Origin: Octopus vulgaris
Lineage: Eukaryota
Direction: 5' to 3'
Assembly: GCA_951406725.2 (NCBI GenBank)
Contig: OX597816.1
Location: forward strand, 29,512,001 to 29,576,000
DNA length: 64,000 nucleotides
The position numbers and the translations under genes are program-made. The number at the start of each line of letters is the position of its first letter. Position 1 is the stretch's first letter. Below the pieces are notes generated by a model that saw nothing but the letters and a program-made list of their open reading frames with translations, searched no databases and was not told the DNA's origin. Below, one piece after another: positions 1 through 13,910 of the stretch.

Positions 1-2159
1 TAATTTTTGCTTAAAACATGAACCCTTTCAACGACATGTGAACATTTACAAACAACAACTCACAAATCATCGCTATGCCCTATTATGGTATCGGATTGTA
101 AAATGGATCTATTTTCGTAATTCTAAAATGAGAAATCAGTGGCTTTCTTCCAGCCTGACCTCAGAACCTGAGCAATAGGTCATACGGTGCATTGGGTGTA
201 ATTTCGAGGGTGTGTAAGCAATATGAGCTTCTCTAAGATGGTCAAGCTGTGAAACCTATTCTGTATGCTCAACAACTGCAGTAATTATATCATGGTTTGA
301 AAGCCCGCTACGCTGCATTGCTCAATCAAAGCACTGCTACAGCATAACATTACCACAGTGCACAGTGCCAATGTGACTAAGAGCTAGACTAAAGAACTTA
401 AGGGCTGGAAGTGCTGCCTCACTCTGCTTACAGTCCAAACGTGGCACTATCAGATTAACACCGTTTCCAAGTCATAACTAATTTCCTGCACGGACAGAGG
501 TTCAATAATATGGATGAAGTTGAAAATCGCTGCGTGGAGATTTTGACTATACACCATCCAGATTTCGTAAGCGTGGAATTGGGCTCCCGGCGCATGGATG
601 CCAAAAGATAATAGAATATAACGAGTTATAGTGTGGTGATTAAACTTTTTTTGCATGTTAAGTTGTTTGACCTAATAATTTTTGCTTAAAACATGAAAAG
701 ACTTTTGATTCAACCTGGTAATAACCGATATAAATGTCGGTTGTTAGGTTGATTCACGTTTCAAGCTGAATTAATATAAGCGGTGCGGTATGAGTGCACA
801 TACAAGCTTTGATGGCAGCTTTGGTTTCAGGAAAGAATTCAGATTTTATCGGTGATAGGTTTCCTGTTGTTCATTTTGTGACTATTCTGATAAAATTTAG
901 AAAAAATGATGATATATATCAATCGCGAATATATAAGAAGTATATTTTATTAAATTTCATTACTAAGTAATAATTAATTTTCTCTTGAAAATTATTGCCT
1001 TTTCATTACATGGTATAAGCATCAAGAAACAATGATAGTCTAAATTATTATGAGGTGCATATCTGGTTGCAAAGTATACTTTGACACTCGTCTTACGATA
1101 GATAGCTTTGGAAGTCCGTATATAACAACTATTATATATTGTCGAAAGTCTTATGTTGTAATATAAAAGTCAATTTATGACCTATAGAATTGTTTTGTAC
1201 ATTGATGACGTTTTAAAAATTTTGATATTTATTGCCGTAAGACTTACTGATTAATATGTATATCTTATTATCAATAGATATAAAGTAAATTCTTTTCAAA
1301 TCAAAATCTAACATAACTTAGCCTTTAGGATTGGCAAGCATATTGATTAAGTTCTTGAAGTTACAATTATCACAATGCTCGATTATCTTAAGTATGTTAT
1401 ACTTCCCACAATATAAGGGCTCCATTAATCCATAAATAAATTTCAATGAAGGCCCTGGGTTAAAATTTCATTAGACAATAATATAGACAAGAAGACTGTC
1501 AAATGATGTCAGCTAATTCAATAATTCAAGATATTCAATTGCTTCCTATTGTCCAACAGCCATCATATATCATTTATCACTTCCGAAATGAAATATGGAA
1601 TCTTACATAAAGATTTACTGTCCTTTTATTTCAAAGATAATTATCAAATGTATGAATATAATTTAAAATTGATTATGAGTGTTTAGTATGAGAAGACAAT
1701 GTATTCATAAGAATGATAACAAGTTGTTAGAGTTTCTGTCACAAGGGCATTCTAATATAAACCTCATTTATTGAATATTAATAGAATGAAGCAAAACAAG
1801 ACCCAATTATTAGCTTCAATTAATGTTTAGGCTTTTTCTCCCCCTTTTATTTCTTAACACGAACAATTTTAGTCAGTTAACAGGCTATTTATCAAACGTG
1901 GTCTGTTCCTAGATTAAGTCTAAATATTACATTCGGCAGTTTGACTATTAAAGTCGACAGACTGTAGCATCTAATACACTCCTGCACAAGGTGTGGTACA
2001 GTTCCTTTCTCCCTAAACATTTTTCATAAATACAATTCCTAACTTAAACATAGCACAAGACTTGCAGTTCTCCTAGTAGCATTCCTTAATAGGGGACAAG
2101 CCAATATAGTTCATTCTTCAGTAAAATGTTCCCAAATATTTTTTTGTATCTACTTTAAA

Positions 2160-2358
2160 TTCAAGGCTTGAAATTTGTAACGATGGGACAATTATGTCGG
2201 CCCCAATGCTTATTTGTTATATATCTTATCGAACCGTTGAGATAAACGGGAAAGTCGACCACGGCAGCAGTTTATCTCAGAGCGTAAAGCGAAGAAAATG
2301 CAACAAAGAATTTTGTCCGGCGTGCTACTAATACTGCCAGCGTGCCTCCGTAAAGCCT
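2160..2358 (-). mobile_element. Degraded SINE family B copy
   Basis: Matches the family B sequence at 34160-34556 (aaagtcgac...ctcagagcgtaa...tttgtccggcgtgcta...ctgccagc), with many substitutions. Confidence 0.6.
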
Positions 2359-2929
2359 TCGCCTATTTTACGCAGAATGTAGTTAAAAAACAATGTAAGT
2401 AGCTAGGTTTACATGCTCATAAACATATTCATACATGTAAGTATGAATGTAGATGTATGAGTAGTTTGACAATCATATTTAACCCTTCTAAAACCCAACC
2501 AAGAAGGTCCTAGTAACTAGATATATCACAGGCATTAGTAATCCTCATATCATAAGAGCCACTAGATTAGTTCAAGGCAACTATTGTAACATAGCTGTTA
2601 TGAAATGACTCAGAGGTATTGAGTACAAAGCCGACTGTAAATTCACTACTTGTAATATCGTGGGTTTTTGCCATAAAACTTCAGGGACCTCAATAGGCAA
2701 TCTTCTAAGGCAAACTTCTTAGATAATATTGGGAATCACAATTATACTTTAACGCTTCATACGTGTGCAGGAAAGCTGATTCGCAGATCAATGATCTGCG
2801 TAGTTGCATGACGCCATATATGCGATGTGGTTCATTTGAAAATTTCTTTTTTTGTATACTGAACAATATGGAGGAATAAAAAGAATCCATAAGTTTTAAT
2901 ATTCTCCGAGACCAGGAAGATGCAAAGAT

Positions 2930-3558
2930 ATTAGCAAGGAGAAGATAAGAACAGTAAAGACAAAAGCAAGGATAAAATTCCAAAGAGGCGATATTTTGAA
3001 AGAAAAACTGGATGTACAGTTGAGTGTGAGGTTTGAAGGGGTTAGAGGCAACGAAGGTGACAAAAAGCAGAAAACCAATGGGCTGGAGTTATGAGTGATA
3101 TCGTTACGAAAAGAGCTGCACACGAGAATCAAATGTCAGTAAAATGGGGATGGAAATATCAAAGAGAGGATTCAAGACGCGTTGAGAGATTTGTATCACA
3201 AGAGAACATAGATATTTGCATGTGAAATTTGGAAGAAATGTCAGTGGATCTTTCAAAAGAAAAGGGAACTGATCAGAGGATTTGAATCTTTTATTATTTT
3301 GATTATCATTGTTTTTTTGTTTTTTTCTGTTGGGTCATAGTGAATTGCAGAGAGTGGTAATGTATAAAGAGTTAAGGAAATACCCCACATGCCTAGAATA
3401 GTGAAACGGTCGCTAAAGTAGCCAAAAGACAGAGAGTGGCCAAAAAGCGAGCAGCGTTGTACGCCTATTGTGAAAACGGGTGGAATGGGGATGGTCTACA
3501 TTCAATAGAAGGAATATAAGGGCAGTAATAGGAAAATAAAATCTATTACAAGTCCTTT

Positions 3559-3560
<2 letters not shown>
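2930..3560 (-). mobile_element. Highly decayed CR1/L2-group LINE 3' fragment
   Basis: Minus-strand translation SSFSFKISPLWNFILAFVF resembles the SFF..T..LWN.LP C-terminal motif of CR1/L2-group RT ORFs. Many stops and frameshifts. Confidence 0.35.
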
Positions 3561-3613
<53 letters not shown>

Positions 3614-3794
3614 CAGCAGTAGCAGTAGTAGTAATAGTAATAGTAGTAGTAATTGTAGTAGCATTAGTAGTAGTAATAGTAGTAGTAGTAGTAGTAGTAG
3701 TAGTAATTGTATTAGTAGAAGTAATAGTAGTAGTAGTAGTAGTAATAGTAGTAGTAGTAATAGTAGTAGTAGTAATAATAGTAGTAGCAGCAGC

Positions 3795-3827
<33 letters not shown>

Positions 3828-3846
3828 GGTGGTGGTGGTGGTGGTG
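3558..3846. repeat. (GTA)n/(GCA)n/(GGT)n compound trinucleotide microsatellite
   Basis: Directly visible; explains the poly-Leu ORF 3413..3664. Confidence 0.97.
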
Positions 3847-4437
3847 GGAGGGGCTGATTATGGTGGCGGATGTGATAGTGTTCATGTTAGTATTAATAGA
3901 TTTACAGGTAGAATGTTAGAATAAACGATGGGAAGGAAGCCAGTGCGTATGGGAAGAAGTCGATGTGCGGCGGTGAATTAGGATTGGGAACTTTTTGTTA
4001 CTGCTGCAGGTGCTGACGTAGTTCTGTTTGTTACTCATTAATTAACAATGATGTATTTGTTGTTGTTGTTTTTTTTTTTTGGTTATTATACTTGTATTTT
4101 TTTACACCAATCTGGTAATTGAAATTGTTTCTGGCGTTGCCATAGCAGTTGTTCTTGTTCAACGAGTATCGGTGACGTTTACAACTGACGTTAAGTTCTG
4201 ACAGTTGTTTTTCATCACTTTTCAATCTTGCCGCTTAAAGCTGTCAAGATGCAGCTTATAGGAATAATAAACACAATAAACAGAATGTTAACTTTAATTT
4301 TACTTTTTAATGCTTGACATTCTCAACGAGTGCATGCGTTTCTTAGATCGGTTTAGTACAGGAATTTGCAGACAACGACTTCATATCTTAATTCATTGGA
4401 CATAAGAAAAATCTCCGGTCTAGATTGTCGGAAACTC

Positions 4438-4442
<5 letters not shown>

Positions 4443-4504
<62 letters not shown>

Positions 4505-4818
4505 GCGCATGCATGCGCAAATAAATATGTGTGTGTGTGTGTGAGTGCGTGTATGTGTGTGTGTGTGTGTGCATGTGAATATGTGTGTATGTGCATTTAT
4601 AGAGCTTTTCGCGGTAGCTTCGACATATTTTAGACATTGATTCTGTATGGAGGAGACAAGTCATGTTTCGACCTTCTTCCTTAATATAATTATACATATA
4701 TATATATATATGTGTGTGTGTGTGTATGTATATATATATATATATATGTGTGTGTGTATGTATATATATATATGGGTATGTATATATATATATATATATA
4801 TATGTGTGTATATATGTG

Positions 4819-4866
<48 letters not shown>
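4443..4866. repeat. (CA)n/(TG)n/(TA)n compound microsatellite cluster
   Basis: Directly visible, with a short unique spacer at ~4600-4690. Confidence 0.95.
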
Positions 4867-4868
<2 letters not shown>

Positions 4869-4898
4869 AGTGATCAAATGTTATATTTAATTGAAATT

Positions 4899-5664
4899 TA
4901 ATCATCAATGTACTTTTCCTGAATTATCTATGACTTCCTTCCATCTATTTACAAGCTTTTTAATCCCATTTAACGAAAAACTCTTTTGGTTTCAAAGTGA
5001 AGAACTCTGAAATATCAGTTTCCATCTGCGCCTGACTTGCGTGGCTTATGTTCCCCAGATGATTCGGTAAACTACGAAACAAATGGCAGTCTGAAAGAGC
5101 ATGGTCAGGAAAATAAGGTGGATGAGGAAATTTTTCCCAACCAAGCTCTTCGATCTTCTGTGATGTGATTCTTTGCAGTGTGGAGTCGCGCATTGTCCTG
5201 ATGAACCATCACTCCTTTTCCGTTCGATAAAGCTTGGTTCAAAGCTTGGTTCAAACGCTCTAATTGCTGACAGTATACTTGAGCATCGATTGTTGCATTT
5301 TGTGGTAACAATTCAAAGAGAATTACTCCTTTGCAATCCCACCAGATAGAGAGAAGAACCTTTTCCCCATTAAGTTCCCTCCCCGGTTGTGGTTGAGCCT
5401 TTTGCCTTTTACCAAGCCACTGTTTATGACGTTTAACATTTCGATAGAAGATCTATTCTTGGTCATCAGTCACAAGTCTATCCAGAAAGGGTGAAATGAG
5501 TTCGAGAGAATGGAGAGAAGAGCAGATGTCAGCTCGGGATTTGCCGTTGCTTTCGGACAATTCATGAGGCACCCATTTTCCAAATTGAAGAAACTTTCCA
5601 TGTTGTTGAAGATGACGATGAACAGTTGTATATTTTAAACCGAGCTTTATTGCCAATTCTTCAA

Positions 5665-5667
<3 letters not shown>
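4899..5667 (-). mobile_element. Tc1/mariner transposase remnant (mariner-type), 5'-truncated at a (TA)n run
   Basis: Minus-strand frames give WVPHEL, DRLVTDD, HQDNARLH, HPPYFPDHALSDCHLFRSL and a C-terminal KLVNRWKEVIDNSG. Frameshifted. Confidence 0.92.
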
Positions 5668-5741
<74 letters not shown>

Positions 5742-5760
5742 ACCATATATAGATATATTC

Positions 5761-6184
5761 TTTTATTCTTTTATTCTCTTCCTTTCTTCAGTCACTTAAC
5801 TGCAGGCATGCTAGAGCACGGATTTTTTAGTCGAATAAATCGTCCCTAGGACTTATTCTCTCTAAGCTTAGTACTTATTCTATCGTCTCTCTTGCCGAAC
5901 CACCAAGTTACGGCGACACATCAACGGAAGGGGGGGGAACACACACACACACACACACACACAAATACACACACGCACATACACAAACACACACACACTG
6001 ACACACCCAAACATATATATATATATGGGCATCTTTCAATTTCCGTCTTCCAGGTCCACCCCCAAATTTTTGGTCTGCTCGAGGCTAAATTAGGAGACAT
6101 TAGCGCAAGTTGCCACACACTTGGACTGAGCCCGATACCCTGTGGTTGAGAAGCAATCTTCTTACCACACTGTCACGCCTGTGC

Positions 6185-6187
<3 letters not shown>
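5761..6187 (-). mobile_element. SINE family A copy (tRNA-derived, internal microsatellite), diverged
   Basis: Collinear with the copies at 17310-17738 and 33518-33923. Confidence 0.85.
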
Positions 6188-6218
<31 letters not shown>

Positions 6219-6266
6219 CGGGAAGGTTTACGAAAATAAACAAAAGACTAAGGCAGGTGGAGTACA

Positions 6267-6324
<58 letters not shown>

Positions 6325-8499
6325 TATACCGGAAAGTAAGCATGTAGATAAATCAATACATCGTGAAGTAAAATCTCAGCGTTTCTATGTTATTGGCAAC
6401 TGTTTAAATCATTGAATAGATTGACGTAAATATTTTGATGTATTATGCAAGTGTGTACTGAGTGCTGCTTAATGTGGGAATTATGTAGACACCTATTTAT
6501 TGTTCTTGTTACTGTTCATCTGAAGTTTGCTTATATTAACTAAATATGGTTGAATGTATAAGCGGCCGTTACTATGTAATGTAAATGTGTATCTATTATT
6601 TTACTGACTATACCTGTATTTTTATCAGTACTACCGTTCGACGCATCGGTCTTAGAGGCATCTTGTAAACTATTTTTTAAATTATTAATTTATTAATCGT
6701 TCCCTACAAGTGGTATGTGAATGAAGTAGATACTTATGACTCACTAACAGATATCTAACACCGACTAGGCAAACATGAAATCTTTGAAATAGTTTCACCG
6801 AACATCTTAGGAGTATGAATGTAAATGTAAATCTATGAAGTGTAGTGCTACTGAGTTTGGTGTGCTGGGGTCAAGTCAGATGTAATTTATCAATTTAATC
6901 TGACCTCCAAATTTAAAAGCAAGTCAACAAATAGAATAAGAAAAAGATAAAATATTCACAATTAACAATAATCCGAATTTTTTCTATGAGCAGGAGGGAA
7001 GACACAAAGGATTGTAATAATTCACAAGCATATATGTAACTCTGTGGGAGATCAATGGATGCTTAGGTTGGATATCATATTAGTAATTGTATGACTTAAA
7101 AAGTGGGAGCGCTGTATTTTGAAAAGCTGAGCAAAATAGTACGCCTGTAACGGTTAAAACTTAAGGAAGATAACGACGAACAACTTTCTCTGGTCTCTTT
7201 TAAAAGGATCAATTAGTTTTGATAGTGTTCCATATTTTAAAGTTTGTAATACAAACTAAACTTTAATATCAAAATGAACTTAACGGTAATGTATTTAGGC
7301 GGCTATGAGAATATGAAATTCATGGTAATGTTAGATGCTAAACATGAAGCGGTATGCGAATTGGTCTAGGGAATTAATTATTATGGAAATAGATGTTACT
7401 TTGTAGGTAATATTTTCAGTGAATAAATTCGCTTTGCTATAAGAATTGGACGTATATTCATATGGAAACGTATATATTTAGCTTAAGGTACTATACTACA
7501 GGTAAATATATACGTATGCATTAAAGGGGAAGGTTACAATTTGAGCAGGCAATAACTTGCAATTGGGCTTCATATGATGTACACATTTGTTTTCTTTTTC
7601 ATAATACTTTATATTGCTTCTTAATAGGTTTTGAAATTTCTTCAAGAATTCTATCAACTTCTTCGACAAATGTATATATTTGAACAAAATGGCGACTCAA
7701 TTCATTCGATACCGTAATGTTATTCCTTATTACGTCACTACAAGAAACTAATCTGGACCAGTATTGCTTTCACTGCTAAAAATACAAAATCCAGTTTCAT
7801 ATTATCGTTCAAGAAATACGTTTTAGACACTTATAAATAACTGTTAATGCAAAACATTATACATTAGATTCTTGCCTGATTTTATAATTATCTTTAGCAG
7901 TTTTTCTATTCCTATAAAAAATATCCATTTTAACCAGTAGCTATATCATAGAGCAGAAGTTGTACATCAAAACTAGAAAATAAAACTAGTTTATCAGCTT
8001 GCAAATTTTTTCTCTAAACACAATGAAAGATTTAGTTTCCAAAACGGTAATCTCCACCACCACTTACAAAACAACACAGCCATTTCTTCTGCCACAAATA
8101 CCAATATTATGAGCATGATTACTTAGAAACTTGTGACAACAATCTCAGTCAGACATTTGACATAACAATTCAACCGATACAGACTTTCTAGGCAAAACAA
8201 CATTCATCAAATGAAGTGCCTACTCTCATATATGTTAATCCCAATATGTCTTTTTAAAAAATAGATGACAAAGATTCGAGAAAACATGATAAATCTAAGA
8301 ATAGTGAATTAATTTAATATAACAAATTAATTCCTGAATTCTCTGCACAAACTTTTCACAAATTGTTTGTGTGATTTTATAAAAAATACTTTGAAAGATG
8401 TAAAATATCGAATTTAATAATAAGTCATTATACCCTTAGTATAAGGTGAAGAAAATTGTATAAAAAGTATTTGCTGAGTAACCTGCAAAGAATTGGAAA

Positions 8500-8650
8500 T
8501 ATTGGTATTAAAGTTTGGTATAAGACCAGCAATTCTGGAGTAGAGATTAAGTCAATTGTATCAGCTCAACTGCTCAATAGTTACTTATTTGTTCGACCCC
8601 AAAAAGATAAAAGGCAAAGTCGATCCCGGCGGTATTTGAACTCAGAGAAA
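8500..8650 (-). mobile_element. Degraded SINE family B fragment
   Basis: gaccccaaaaagataaaaggcaaagtcgatcccggcggtatttgaactcaga matches the family B core. Confidence 0.6.
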
Positions 8651-9228
8651 TGGGTGATTCAAATGTGCCATACACAACGAGCAATTGGAGAACAAATGAG
8701 AGGGTGAATTAGTAAATGTGCGTAAGTGTGATGATGAAGAAAGGAGATGTGCCGGAAGGGGTATGAGAGTGGAGAGTATACATGAATACATGTTGATAGG
8801 TGGACGTGAACGCATTCACCTATATATTCATCAAATGCATAATCACACTTATACACATTTTTTATATAAGCACACACACACACACCACACACATACATAC
8901 ACACAGGCTGATTGCTAACTAGTTCAAATACTAGGAAATCCCCAAATTGTAGAAATCCAAAAGATAGGGCTCATGAGACTTTCCCATACCCTACATAAAA
9001 TACTGTCTATGTAATCACAAATTTTAAAACAAACTTATAATTTTCTTGTGTTTTCTAAGACATTCTCTAGAACAATATTTTGTGCAAAACAAAATATATG
9101 GCACCCTAGTCGTAACTTCGACTCCTAACTTGTTGTTTCTTGAGCTCTCTGGGTGAGACTTGGAGTTAACTTGTATAAATACAAAGTAAAAAGTCAAACT
9201 TATAAAAGTAATAAAATAAAAATAATAA

Positions 9229-10385
9229 TTATATTTCCAACAAATGGATCCTACAAACACTACCCTTGAACAAAGTAGCACCAATAATCATAAAGTATAT
9301 AAAACATTCCATGAGTAAATGGCAAGCAGTGCTACAAATCCAGACAAAGCCGAGACTCATAAAAACCAAAGCCATGCTCGTTAGAGGAGGAATATTCCCG
9401 GGAGACACGCTCTCACCTCGTCTTTTCTGCTTGGCACTGACACCTTTATCTGAAATGCTAAACAGAACTAGATGTGGATACAAATGATACGGCAAAACAA
9501 TCAGCCACCTCTTATATAAAGGTGATCTAAAACTGTATGCTACAAAAGATGAACAGCTGAAACATTACTACAGGCACTACATGGATATACCAAAGAATTA
9601 AACGTGAAATTTGGCTCAGAAAAATTTGCCAAAGCAACCTTGAAAAGAGGAAAACTACTTAAGAGTAGCAACATCACACTAGATAAAGCAAATGAAATAA
9701 GAGAGTTAGACCAAAGCCTTGACATACAAATACTTATGAATCAATGAACTAGATACGATACAATACACACAAACGAAAGAGAAGGTAATAAAATAATGTT
9801 ATAGATAAATCAGATTAATACTGAAAGCAGAGCTCAATGCAAAAAACAAGATAATAGTTATCAACATTCAGTTATAATATTGTGCACCCAGGCACAATAT
9901 CCCTAACTCCTGGCTAAAATACCTAACAGGAATACATAAGACGCTGGTCAAGAAATTCAATGAGATACTAGCAGAGCCATGGTAAAAATTGGGATACTCT
10001 AAACAGAAAAGAAATAGACAAAGTAAAATCCCAACTCTGGCTGAGAAGCTCAGGACTGAAAATAGAAACTGAAGGATTTTTAATTGCAGCACAAGATCAA
10101 AGCCACCAACCAGAGATCATCTGAGACGCATGATGAAGATAGAAGTAACTGCAGAATATCTGGAGATTGGGAAGAAACAATAAGCCATATTGTCTGTGGT
10201 TGCCGAATCTTGGCTAAGAATAAATATACCCACAGTCATGACAGACTTGGGACCTATATACACTGGAAGCTATGCAAGCACTGTGGAATGATAACTAAAA
10301 ACAAAGATGTTACATGCACACCTCAGAAAAGGTCTCTGAAAAGGACAAAGCAACCATGTTCTGGCATATGCCAATACACACAGTG
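9229..10385 (+). mobile_element. R4/Dong-like non-LTR retrotransposon fragment (RT plus zinc knuckle preceding the RLE), pseudogenised
   Basis: GIFPGDTLSPRLFCLALTPLS and ISHLLYKGDLKLY are decayed RT motifs (QGDxLSP, YMDD). CRISGDWEETISHIVCGC and YTHSHD are decayed CCHC and RHD motifs. Confidence 0.88.
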
Positions 10386-11716
10386 AAGTGTCCCCACGCT
10401 GAACTGTAACTTACCAAACCTGCTATTATACTTAAATAAACGCACGCACACACACACGGGCGCAGCCACAAACATTACCATTTCTATCAGAATTACTGTG
10501 GCAGACGTAAAAATATATGGTATAAATATATGAGAGCCTGACAAATAAAAAAGTGGTGGACAAAGCGTGTACAAAGTAAACAAAGTTGGGGACTGTTACA
10601 ACCAAATTTCTAATAGTATTTAGATATTTATCTTCGACGATATCACAAGGTGTGGATGTTAGATTTTCTCTTAGAAATGGAAGAAATTTCAAGTTTTATT
10701 GTTATCACATCATTATGTGTCTTCTAATTAGAATATTGCGCATGAAAGAAGCCATGCACTAAGTTACCTTTAGAAGATAATTGACGTGCGTTTTAACCAT
10801 ATTAAAAGGCTGTAAATAAAAATTATTCTTACTTAAATGAAAACTTAGATATAGGATAACGTAACGTAAGTGTTTCTATTCTCTTAGTCCATAAAATTAG
10901 AATTATTTTGATTTTCAAAAGCCATGCTGTGTACGCGTTAATTTTTACATTTTAAAAATTTTTTTCTTAGTCAGAGGAAGAAAAATAATTTATTTACCAA
11001 ACAGCAGAAACAAATTGAAGAAAGGTAGAACTAAAAAACTGAAGAATAAACCATGAGGCATCGAATATTCGTCCTAATATTTGCTAAATGCAAGCAAGTT
11101 TTAATAGCAGTGGTTAAAATATTTTTACTCATTATTTTTGAAAGTGACATAAATCTAAAATGTTCACATTTCAAAATGTCATAATTCTATGTAATGATAA
11201 TATCAGGCTTACAGCAGTTTGTTAAGTCTTCATTTACAACACAATACAAAGCAATAAACAGAGTATATGATAAAATCATGTGTATTGTTAAAATCGTTAT
11301 GGTAACAGTAAATATTTTATCATTATTCTAATCTCAACAATGAAGTAATACATGATATGATTATAATTATGCATGTATATATGTATTTCGCCATATAAAT
11401 AAGCGTGTACATAAAGACAGAAAAAGTAAAATTAAATAGTAATGGACAGACAAGAGCTGAATTTTAAAGTAAAGCAAAATTGTGATTTTGTGACAAAAAT
11501 ACTTCATATCAATTTTGCTTTCTGCAAATATATGCTTCACTGAGGAGTAGTGTCTTGTTCATAGAAGAAATATATAACCGTAAATTCATGTTTCTGACTG
11601 ATAGTTCACGAGTCTTCTACATAAGCATCTCTCCGCCTGTATGCGATAGCAATTTCTCGCTTTCACTTTCTAATTCGCATCTTCAAAACTGTTATATTGT
11701 AACCAATTTATTCTAC

Positions 11717-11790
11717 ACTAGCAGAGATACCCGGCGTTGCCCGGTTACATCCAATAGAAGAATTAGACTTTTCTGTTATATATATATATA
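11717..11790 (-). mobile_element. Short non-autonomous Helitron-like remnant
   Basis: actagcagagatacccggcgttgcccgg is the reverse complement of the 3' hairpin plus CTAG terminus shared with 12463, 18968, 36253 and 38491. Confidence 0.6.
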
Positions 11791-11807
11791 TGGATACACA
11801 CACACAC

Positions 11808-11852
<45 letters not shown>

Positions 11853-11956
11853 TTTATGTATAGTAATATAAATACATGAAAGTACATGAAGTTTGTTAAA
11901 AAAAGGGGGATCATGTATATACCTCCTGGCTGTTGAGATTATAACACCTCGTTGTA

Positions 11957-12419
11957 AACTCGTCTTTTGTGCTAGGCCACTGGTAATAATAATTTATTTT
12001 ATTACCCTATTTGATTATGTTTTAATATTGCTTGATAAATTTGTTCGTAAATCTTTTACCGGCATCCTCTCTGTTCGCCGGGTATGGTTTGCGTCTGCGC
12101 AGAGGTTTGAAAAGTTAAGATATACAAACCGTTAGATCTACATGTGCTTCTAACAGTCTGTGCGTCTAGGATTACGAAGGCTTCCCACTGAAGAACCTGG
12201 CCTGGAAAATATATTCTGAGTGTTTGCTAAAAAAGAGGTAGAAACCGTTCGGTCTGGGATATAGCTGAGATGGTAAATGTTTTTAATTTTCATTCCTTTC
12301 ATGAATTTATCCCTTTTGTGTTTCTAGCACTACGCCTCCTTATTTGGAAGCCTTTTATTATATTTCTATACGAAAAATATATAGTCTAACGACTAACTCG
12401 TCTTTTGTGCTAGGCCACT
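11957..12419 (+). mobile_element. Retrozyme-like monomer (438-bp unit plus 25-bp terminal redundancy)
   Basis: aactcgtcttttgtgctaggccact occurs at 11957-11981 and 12395-12419. The unit contains an HHR and is followed by (TA)n. Confidence 0.75.
12183..12259 (+). ncRNA. Type I hammerhead ribozyme
   Basis: tccca-CTGAAGA-acct...aggt-a-GAAA-ccgttcgg-TC-tggga: 5-bp stem I, stem II acct/aggt, stem III Accg/cggT, GUC triplet ending at 12254. Confidence 0.85.
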
Positions 12420-12421
12420 AG

Positions 12422-12462
<41 letters not shown>

Positions 12463-12463
<1 letters not shown>

Positions 12464-12960
12464 TAGCAGTATCGCCCGGCGTTGCTCGGGTTTGTAAGGG
12501 AAATAACTATATAAGCATTTTTAGAGAGCTACTTCCCTTTATAGATGCCAATTCGGGCTTTCTTAGCCATTTCTGTTTTGGTGTCTTCAAGCCATGAAGT
12601 CGTTGTTCTAAAAGAACGCTGGTCTCCTTGACAACGCTTTACGACGTTGATTTCCTTACACTCCCTCCCCCACAGCTTCACGAGGGAGGGAAGAAGGGGG
12701 AGAAGCAAACAGGTGCAGGTGTGACCATGGACGCCAACTCCGCCGCCATCGACACACGAAAAATTATGCATTAAAATGGAATAAAAAATGATGTTAAATT
12801 ATTTTTAAAATCGTAGACTCATTGTAGACGCGCGCTAATACTCAGACGGGCTCGATATGAATCACGACTATAAGATACCCGAATTTGGTTAAACTGCACC
12901 GCAAAATGTGGGAGTAGTTAGGAATCTAAATCGAAGGAGACAGACACTCACACAACTACA

Positions 12961-12975
<15 letters not shown>
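12463..12975 (-). mobile_element. Non-autonomous Helitron-like element
   Basis: Minus strand ends cccgagcaacgccggg (hairpin) then cgatactgCTAG-t; the 5' end runs from (TA)n. Homologous to 18670-18968 and 35889-36253. Confidence 0.8.
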
Positions 12976-13002
<27 letters not shown>

Positions 13003-13910
13003 AATGCAAGACCTATAATCCTGTAAGTAGTGTTTGCATCTGAATATCGTAAGGGTCGTCCAACACCTTAGAATATAAGTTTCTGGTAGATTTTCCACTG
13101 ACAGATTACTCAATTAACCAGTTTCAATATGAAAATTTTAAATTAATTCAATTTAATCTCTCTTATTGAATTAATTGGCTATGGAAACGTTTGTAGAGAT
13201 AATAATTTCATACATTGATTTGAATATCGTTGAATAAAATGATGTCTATATGTGAATTTATCCATATTCCTCTTTTTGTCGTACTCACACACACACACAC
13301 ACAACACATCATTTTGCTGAATAAGCCATAACGTCATATGGTAAATATATATATACTGACAGTCGGTATTTAGCTTGACCGTCTAGCGACGGATTATTCA
13401 CAACTGATTGCTTTGTAATCCTCAAACGAAACTATAATATAGTGATCTCGTTCGCTTTGGGGCGGTTATCTCCCTTCCCAGAATACGGAAATCTGCTTTC
13501 TGCGGTTGTAAGGGCTTTTTAGCTCTTATTAGCAATGTATGTGTGACTCTGCACCCCCAGTCACTGCTAGTTTCAAATGAATCTTTCGTTTTTGGTTTTA
13601 TATTACGTATAACCGTCTTTCTCATTTTATATATGACTGTGTGCGTGTCTTTGTGTGTGTGTGTATGTGTGTGCATGTGTGTGTATGTATGTATCAGCGT
13701 ATTTACGTATTATTTTTTTATTCCAATAAACCTACTGCTCTGTGCTCCTTAATTCTTGTACTCTTTGGATCTTTTACTGGTTTAAGTATGGGGTCATCAG
13801 GAGAGAATGCGCGCCGTTTCGGGGCCTACCTCACGGCGGCATCAATGTGCACCGGCCCCCCCTCACTGACATGAGGCCCCGCTTGCTTAATCAGCTGGTT
13901 ATCAAATAAC

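Noticed and set aside
4437-4901. Long ORFs rich in YI/HT/CV (also at 21-22 kb, 28.4 kb, 35.7 kb, 42.2 kb, 48.5 kb, 54-55 kb)
   Set aside because: Translations of (TA)n, (CA)n and (TG)n microsatellites.
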